Source: Gemmata obscuriglobus
GTDB taxonomy: Bacteria; Planctomycetota; Planctomycetia; Gemmatales; Gemmataceae
NCBI RefSeq assembly: GCF_008065095.1
Contig: NZ_CP042911.1
Location: 3,300,001-3,332,000, forward strand
Reading direction: 5' to 3'
Length of the DNA stretch: 32,000 nucleotides
A model generated the notes under the pieces. It was not told where the DNA came from, did not search any database, and worked only from the letters and a program-made list of their open reading frames with translations. Below are positions 26,678 through 32,000 of this stretch, in pieces (the first letter of the stretch is position 1; every line of letters starts with the position of its first letter). The position numbers and the translations under genes were made by a program.

Positions 26678-27836
26678 CTACCCAGCGAGTCTGTGTCGGC
26701 GTTCGCCGGTGATGTTGGCTTGTCGTCGATTCCAGAAGTCATCGAGCGGTGCGGTTTCGCTGAGCAGGTCGGCCCGGAGTTGGAGGATCGCTTCGGCGCC
26801 CGGCTCGGACCAGAACTTCTCGGACCCCTTGACCCGATGATTCATCTGCTTGATCGTCGACTCCACGTGGCTGGTGGTGATCGGCAGACCGGCCCGGCGA
26901 TACTCCGCGTATTTCATACGTCCCCGTTGGTTCTCGAAGTAGCACCGGGCCTCGGCTACGCACACCCGCGGGTGCGTCTCGCCGTCGGTCGCCTCGGGCA
27001 TCCCGAGAACCTGTTGCCGCGACTCCAGACCCGACACGACCGTCGCAACATCCCCACGCCACAGCGCCTCGATCCACTGCACATATCGGGACCAACCCTC
27101 CCCAAACGGACCACCCGCCATCGCGGCACCGTACACATACGCCAACGCGTGGATGAAATCGACCACCGGCGTGAAGCTCGAGAAGTGCCGTTCCCACACG
27201 CCCCAGTTGGCATTCGACCCGTCGCCCAGAAACACCCGGCGTTTCGACCCGTAGAACCCACGGGCCCAAGCCGCGGCCGCCAGCAACCCACCGAACACCT
27301 CGACCCCCTGCTTGGTGCTCACCACGCTCCGCACGACCAACTCGGGCGGTTCGTACCGGCCGGTCGCCTCGGGCACCGGTTGGGGATCGACCGGGGCGAC
27401 CGCGTCACCGGCCGGCTCACGCCCGGCGGCCTTCGATTCCGACTTGATTTCCTGGGCCAGACGCGGGATCCGCTCGGGGTCGATATAGTGCGTGGGAATT
27501 TGCGGGCACGGGTCGTCCGTGTCGGATACACTCGCCATTGAGGCCAGCAAACCCACCTTGTCCTCACGCCAATGCTCCCCCTTCTTCTTCTTCTTCGGGG
27601 GTACCGGCGTCGCGACCGCGGAGCCCTTCGGCTGTTCCGGTGACGTCGGGTTCCGGATCTGAAGCCTTCCGCCGTCCATCTGGACCACCGCAATCGGCGG
27701 GGGCACGACATCCGGAGGCGCCTTCTTGCGTTCAACCAGAGGCAAGGACTCGTAAGCCGCGACGGCGGCATCGCGTTCGGCACACCGCTCGGTACCGATC
27801 TGTTGCGTTCGTCGCTCGACCTGCTTGACCGGAACC
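26678..27836 (-). pseudogene. C-terminal part of an ISKra4-like DDE transposase gene, separated from its N-terminus by the IS3 insertion
   Basis: Track ORF 26678..27745. Motifs: ...FLGDGSNANWGVWERHF...VDFIHALAYVY...YAEYRRAGLPITTSHVESTIKQMNHRVKGSEKFWSEPGAEAILQLRADLLSE. The pattern (DG..W.W; .D..HA..Y; Y...G.PI.S..VES..K....R.K.....W...GA...L.LR) is what I recall for ISKra4-family transposases. The frame continues upstream to the IS3 junction. Confidence 0.7.
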
Positions 27837-27901
27837 TATAGTGGACCCCGAAAACTGGACCGCCGGTTAAGCTATACCGGAGGCCCAGGAAAGGGGAACC
27901 C

Positions 27902-28189
27902 ATGGCGGGCAAGCGGAAGAGTCACTCGGCGGCGTTCAAGGCCCAGGTCGCGCTGGCGGCCCTCAAGGGCGACAAGACCATCAACGAACTGGCGAGTCAG
28001 CACGGCGTCCACCCGACCCTGATTCATGGGTGGAAGAAGCAGTTGCTCACCGGGGCCGAGGCCGTGTTCGCCTCGGGGGCGAAGGGCACCGGCCCCCCGG
28101 AAGACAAGACGACCGAGTTGTACGAGCAGATCGGCCGCCTCAAGGTGGAACTCGACTGGGTGAAAAAAAAATCGGCCGCCCTCGGCTGA
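27902..28189 (+). CDS. IS3-family transposase OrfA (HTH)
   Basis: MAGKRKSHSAAFKAQVALAALKGDKTINELASQHGVHPTLIHGWKKQLL... is the canonical IS3/IS911-type OrfA. It ends just after the A9 run (28163..28171). Confidence 0.9.
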   Translation: MAGKRKSHSAAFKAQVALAALKGDKTINELASQHGVHPTLIHGWKKQLLTGAEAVFASGAKGTGPPEDKTTELYEQIGRLKVELDWVKKKSAALG

Positions 28190-29030
28190 GGCCAAGCGTG
28201 CCCGGATCGAGGCCGAGCACCCGGAGCTGAGCGTCCGGCGCCAGTGCGAGCTGATCGGATTGAACCGCTCGACGGTGTACTACGAGCCGACCCCGGAGAG
28301 CGCGGAGAACCTGACGCTGATGCGGTTGATCGACGAGCAGTACACGACGTGCCCGTTCTACGGGAGCCGGCGCCTGGCCGCGTGGCTGGGCACCCAGGGC
28401 CACGAGGTGAACCGCAAGCGGGTGCAGCGGCTGTTGCGGATCATGGGGTTGGAGGCCCTGTACCCCAAGCCCAAGCTGTCGGTCGGGTCCGGGCACAAGG
28501 TGTACCCGTACCTGTTGCGGGGCGTGGCCATCGACCGGGTCCATCAGGTGTGGAGCACGGACATCACGTACATCCCGATGCCCACCGGGTTCATGTACCT
28601 GGCCGCAACGATGGACTGGTTCAGCCGGTACGTGGTGGCCTGGCGACTGTCCAACACGTTGGACGGGTCATTCTGCCAGGACATGCTGGAGGAGGCCTTG
28701 GGCCGGGGCAAGCCGGAGGTGTTCAACACGGACCAGGGAGTCCAGTTCACGGCCGCCGCGTGGGTCGGGCGATTGGAGCGGGCCGGGGTCGCGGTGAGCA
28801 TGGACGGGCGGGGCCGGTGCCTGGACAACGTGTTCGTGGAGCGCCTGTGGCGGAGCGTCAAGTACGAGGACGTGTACCTCAAGGGTTACGAGTCGGTGCC
28901 GGCCCTGGAGAGTGGGCTCCGGGCGTACTTCGGGTTCTACAACACCGAGCGGTTACACCAGTCCCTGGACTACCGCACCCCGGCTCAGGTGTATGGCGTC
29001 GGAGCCACGAAGGCCCCGACGAAACAGTAG
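28164..29030 (+). CDS. IS3-family transposase OrfB (DDE integrase core); frame is open from 28164 with no own ATG, presumably made as an OrfAB fusion
   Basis: The frame reads KKNRPPSAEAKRARIEAEHPELSVRRQCELIGLNRSTVYY... Catalytic contexts: WSTDITYI (D), FNTDQGVQFT (D) and VERLWRSVKYE (E). The track lists 28260..29030 from a TTG. Confidence 0.9.
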   Translation, partial: KKNRPPSAEAKRARIEAEHPELSVRRQCELIGLNRSTVYYEPTPESAENLTLMRLIDEQYTTCPFYGSRRLAAWLGTQGHEVNRKRVQRLLRIMGLEALYPKPKLSVGSGHKVYPYLLRGVAIDRVHQVWSTDITYIPMPTGFMYLAATMDWFSRYVVAWRLSNTLDGSFCQDMLEEALGRGKPEVFNTDQGVQFTAAAWVGRLERAGVAVSMDGRGRCLDNVFVERLWRSVKYEDVYLKGYESVPALESGLRAYFGFYNTERLHQSLDYRTPAQVYGVGATKAPTKQ

Positions 29031-29074
29031 CGAAGGATAGCAACTTTTTGGTCTAGACAATGGGGTCCACTGTA

Positions 29075-29572
29075 ACCGGAACCTCGGCCAGTTCCCGCAG
29101 GGCCTCAGCGGCCAGCGCAAACGATCCGCACCGGGTGCCCGCGAACACGACTTTCTTCAACAGGGCCGGGGATTGCCCGCCGCGGTCAATCGCCAGACTC
29201 GCCGACTGAGGGAAAAAAAGCCCGCCGGCAGGCGGTGCAGTAGGCCGACGGTTCGCTCCACTCCGCTTCCCCGACCCGCGTGGTGAGGATGCGTGGTTCG
29301 GGATCACCGGGTGATGGCGTCTGTCGGCACCCCGGGCATTGTTGTCTCTCGGCGGGTATGGTGCCGGCCGCTTGTTTCTGGAGAGCTTGGCGGAGCAGTT
29401 CGCGTGACACCGTTTGGCCCAACTGGACGACCAGTTCTTCGAGTTCCTCGAACGTCGTGCCCCACGGCGGCCCATCGGGTCCGAACAGCCTCTCGACCAA
29501 CGTTTTGGCCACCCCGTCCAGGTACGCCTTATTCGCTGCGACTTCGGGACGAGCGTTATTGGGGCGTGCCAT
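29075..29572 (-). pseudogene. N-terminal part of the same ISKra4-like transposase gene, with an additional frameshift at a homopolymer (plus-strand A7 at 29213..29219)
   Basis: Track ORF 29186..29572 gives MARPNNARPE...QQCPGCRQ...AYCTACRRAFFP (zinc-finger-like CxxC pairs). After the T7 run on the coding strand, the sense continues in another frame (QSASLAIDRGGQSPALLKKVVFAGTRCGSFALAAEALRELAEVPV) up to the IS3 junction. Confidence 0.65.
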
Positions 29573-29759
29573 ACCTGATCTCCACCAACGACTTGTGTGG
29601 CTCGCACGGCCGTTATTTCTTCGAGCCGCGGTCTATCATGATACCCCAACTTGCAAACCGTGTCGTGGACCCCCGCTTTTCCCCAGGCACAACGGCGCTT
29701 GCACGCGCCCGAAGAGGCCCGTACTATCACGCTACTTCACCACCTGGGAAGTGTTTCCG

Positions 29760-31526
29760 ATGGCCCGCGACCGCAAACCACCGGCACACGGTAACGATGC
29801 GAACTGGGAACGCGCCCGGCGCATGTTCCAGGCCGGCGCCCCGGAGTTCGTGGAAGCGGTGCGCCAACTCCCCAACGCGGCAGCCCTGGCCACGTTTGCC
29901 GAGACGTGGTGGACCGACCCGCGCATTGAAGCCAAACGGCTGCTGTTCACCTACCTCGAACTGCCGTTCAACGCCCCGCGACACGAGGTGCTCGTCAAGC
30001 GGCTGTTCAAGTTCGCCGACACCACCGGCGATGACGCCGTGATGGCCCGGTTCCTGACTGGGTTCGATCGCACCATCCGCCGGCGTCGCGTCACGAAGGT
30101 GCGTTACAACCACCGCCGCCGCGAGAACGAGCAGTACGAAGCGGTCGTGACCCCGAGCGACACCGTACTCGCACGCGACGACCGCTCGTACAGCGGGCCG
30201 TGGTTTACCGCCGACCGGGAACAGTTCACTGCCGGGAAGTTCCTGTTCTCCGTTGCGACGCGGAACTACCTGCGTCGCCGGGCGTGGCGGTACTTTCGGA
30301 AACTCGGACGCCAGCACCCCGAGCGGTACATCTCAGCCGTTTGCACGGCGCTCAAACTCTACACCGACGCCGACGCCCCGGACGGCCTCGCGCTGCTCGA
30401 CAACTGGGGGCTCGTTCACGTCCTGTTCCACCACTCGCCCGTTCTCGACGCGAAGCCGACCGGCTGGCGCGTCGCGGACGGCGGGTCACTGTCGCGTTTG
30501 CAACCCGAGCCCATGTTCCGCAAACTGTGGTTGCGGAGCGCCGAGCCGATCTTCGACCTCTTGGTGCGTGCGAGGTGCCGGCCCGTCGCGATGTGGGCGG
30601 TGCAGATGCTCCGGAAGCACTTCCCGGAGCGACTGACACAACTCACGCTCGACGAGCTTCTGGAGTGGCTGGTCTCGCCGAGCAGCGTTCTGAACGAACT
30701 CGCGCTGGAGGTGCTCGAAAAGCGCGGCGGGCTGGAACAGGTCACGATCGAGCAGTGGTTGCGCATCACCGACGAAGCCCGGACGGACCTGCTCGACCGC
30801 ATCTGCGAACTGGTGGCGCGGAGTGTTAAACCGGAACAGGTGACGTTCGCCGACGCCGTGGCGCTCGCGATGCAGCGCCCGGTTCCGCTCGCCCGGCTCG
30901 GCTTGACGTTCCTTCAAGGGAAGAAGGTCAACACCGCCGAGGAAATCACTGCGGTGTTCGGGCTGCGGAACGCCGAGTGCGAACCCTTGCGCGTCGATCT
31001 GGTGAAGTGGGCGTGCGAGGTGCTGAGTTCGCGGACGGACTTCGACCCCGTATGGGTGCTCGAGTTCCTCGACTCGCGCTTTGAAGAGGTGCGTGAGGTG
31101 GGCTGGGAGTGGTTCCAGATCGAGCCGCGTGCCCGCGACGCGGTACTGGTGTGGCAGCGCCTCCTGGAATCCCCTTACGACAACATCCGCTTCCGACTGG
31201 TCGGTATGCTGGAGGAGCGGATCAAGTCGCGCGACGGTTTTGGGCAGCTTCCGCCGGACCGCGTGCGGTTCCTCTGGGCCACGGTGCTGCTGAACGTCCA
31301 GCGCGGCAGCCGGGCAAAGCCGTTCGTGGTGCGCCAGGTCATCGACCGGCTCAGTGCGAGCCCGGACGAGGCCGGCGACCTGCTGCCGATGATCGCGGTC
31401 TCGCTGCGGTCGGTGCGCGGGCCGGAGTTCCGCGCCGGGCTGGCGGGGGTGGCGCGATTCGTTGCGAAGAACCCGACGCGCAAGCCTCTGGTGGAGGCGG
31501 TATTTCCCGAACTGCAGTGGGGTTGA
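29760..31526 (+). CDS. conserved hypothetical protein (about 588 aa, helical-repeat-like)
   Basis: ATG at 29760 within track ORF 29280..31526 (MARDRKPPAHGNDANWERARRMFQAG...). Codon bias is strongly GC3 throughout. No family recognised. Confidence 0.7.
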   Translation: MARDRKPPAHGNDANWERARRMFQAGAPEFVEAVRQLPNAAALATFAETWWTDPRIEAKRLLFTYLELPFNAPRHEVLVKRLFKFADTTGDDAVMARFLTGFDRTIRRRRVTKVRYNHRRRENEQYEAVVTPSDTVLARDDRSYSGPWFTADREQFTAGKFLFSVATRNYLRRRAWRYFRKLGRQHPERYISAVCTALKLYTDADAPDGLALLDNWGLVHVLFHHSPVLDAKPTGWRVADGGSLSRLQPEPMFRKLWLRSAEPIFDLLVRARCRPVAMWAVQMLRKHFPERLTQLTLDELLEWLVSPSSVLNELALEVLEKRGGLEQVTIEQWLRITDEARTDLLDRICELVARSVKPEQVTFADAVALAMQRPVPLARLGLTFLQGKKVNTAEEITAVFGLRNAECEPLRVDLVKWACEVLSSRTDFDPVWVLEFLDSRFEEVREVGWEWFQIEPRARDAVLVWQRLLESPYDNIRFRLVGMLEERIKSRDGFGQLPPDRVRFLWATVLLNVQRGSRAKPFVVRQVIDRLSASPDEAGDLLPMIAVSLRSVRGPEFRAGLAGVARFVAKNPTRKPLVEAVFPELQWG

Positions 31527-31558
31527 GTTGTCGATGTTAAATGTGTGCGAGTCGGACA

Positions 31559-31691
31559 CACAGGGCTCCCGCCCTGTGCTACGCTCGGCAACCCCTACGG
31601 GGTGCAAAGACTGAGTACACGAACAACAACCGCCGTTGGATTTTCCGCCCCGGAGGGGCCGGTGGACGTAGCACAGGGCGGGAGCCCTGTG
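31559..31691. repeat. perfect 25-nt inverted repeat with an 83-nt spacer; each arm is itself a near-palindrome (REP-like)
   Basis: CACAGGGCTCCCGCCCTGTGCTACG at 31559..31583 is the exact reverse complement of 31667..31691. Each arm contains CACAGGGC....GCCCTGTG. Confidence 0.65.
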
Positions 31692-31935
31692 CCAACAACT
31701 AAGGTGTCCGTCGCGATCCGAGACCTTCTCTGCGGCGTTCCGCCGCGGGTGCAGTTGCTCGCGATTGCGTTCCCCGAGCCGTTGGTCTTTTCGCCGCCCG
31801 GGGTACTCCCAGGACGGACTGAATCGACCTGCATCTCCGTCCCGGGAGTACCCCGGGCGGCGTTCGTGAACGACTCGGGTCCACGATTGAAGTCGGTCGC
31901 GGCGGACACCGCAATACACGAAGACCGAAGAGCTT

Positions 31936-31965
31936 TTGACAGGATCAACAGGATTTAACGGGATC
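31936..31965. repeat. second copy of the TTGACAGGATC-AACAGGAT 9-mer repeat motif
   Basis: TTGACAGGATCAACAGGATTTAACGGGATC here, compared with TTGACAGGATCGACAGGATGAACAGGAC at 3486. Confidence 0.45.
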
Positions 31966-32000
31966 GAAAACAAGCGATGCTCTTCGCCTTTTCAATCCCG

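Larger units (their letters stand above)
27837..29074 (+). mobile_element. IS3-family insertion sequence (1238 bp) with imperfect terminal inverted repeats and a 9-bp flanking direct repeat
   Basis: The ends are TATAGTGGACCCC... (27837) and ...GGGGTCCACTGTA (29074). ACCGGAACC occurs at 27828..27836 and again at 29075..29083. The element contains orfA and orfB with a DDE core. Confidence 0.85.

Noticed and set aside
27581-27596. (CTT)5 microsatellite
   Set aside because: It lies inside the ISKra4-like transposase frame and encodes the KKKKK run of that protein on the minus strand. It is not an independent element.
30486-31973. 495-aa minus-strand ORF. Similar long antisense ORFs occur at 1972..2985, 10683..12032, 12901..14067, 19309..20448, 21131..22321, 22719..23777 and 23135..24259.
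   Set aside because: All overlap better-supported genes on the opposite strand or in another frame. They are R/P/G/A-rich with no domain signatures and are expected by chance at this GC content.

Overview
This is a very GC-rich chromosomal window. The gene content points to a planctomycete, probably Gemmataceae-like: a DUF1559/prepilin-type protein, an 'LEDRTTP' secreted Ig-repeat protein, a Uma2 nuclease and expanded 'HVRGCWVVD' paralogs. This taxonomic call is an inference. Most of the window is ordinary housekeeping: an HtrA protease, a GlcD-like oxidase, a Tat-exported metallophosphoesterase, a class-III aminotransferase, QueE, a parvulin PPIase, an SDR, Dus, transaldolase, an LD-carboxypeptidase and a cupin. 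Many long ORFs in the track are antisense shadow ORFs caused by the high GC content, and I did not call them. The most notable observation is at 12321..13439 (-). Two track ORFs there are in the same frame and are separated by a single TGA. That TGA sits where the redox Cys of a thioredoxin-fold domain would be, and a small hairpin follows it with a GU in its loop at +23/+24. This makes it a candidate membrane-anchored selenoprotein with a SECIS-like element. Other notable items: (1) a non-canonical tRNA-Arg(GCG)-like gene next to a T4 Rnl1-like RNA ligase and a TerB-like gene; (2) an intact IS3-family element inserted, with a 9-bp direct repeat, into a decayed ISKra4-like transposase gene; its orfB lies +1 relative to orfA behind an A9 run, which suggests transcriptional slippage; (3) a perfect 42-bp-stem hairpin after transaldolase; (4) several REP-like self-palindromic inverted repeats; (5) a 9-mer GACAGGATC repeat motif at both ends of the window. 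I saw no CRISPR array and no clear multi-gene defence or biosynthetic system.
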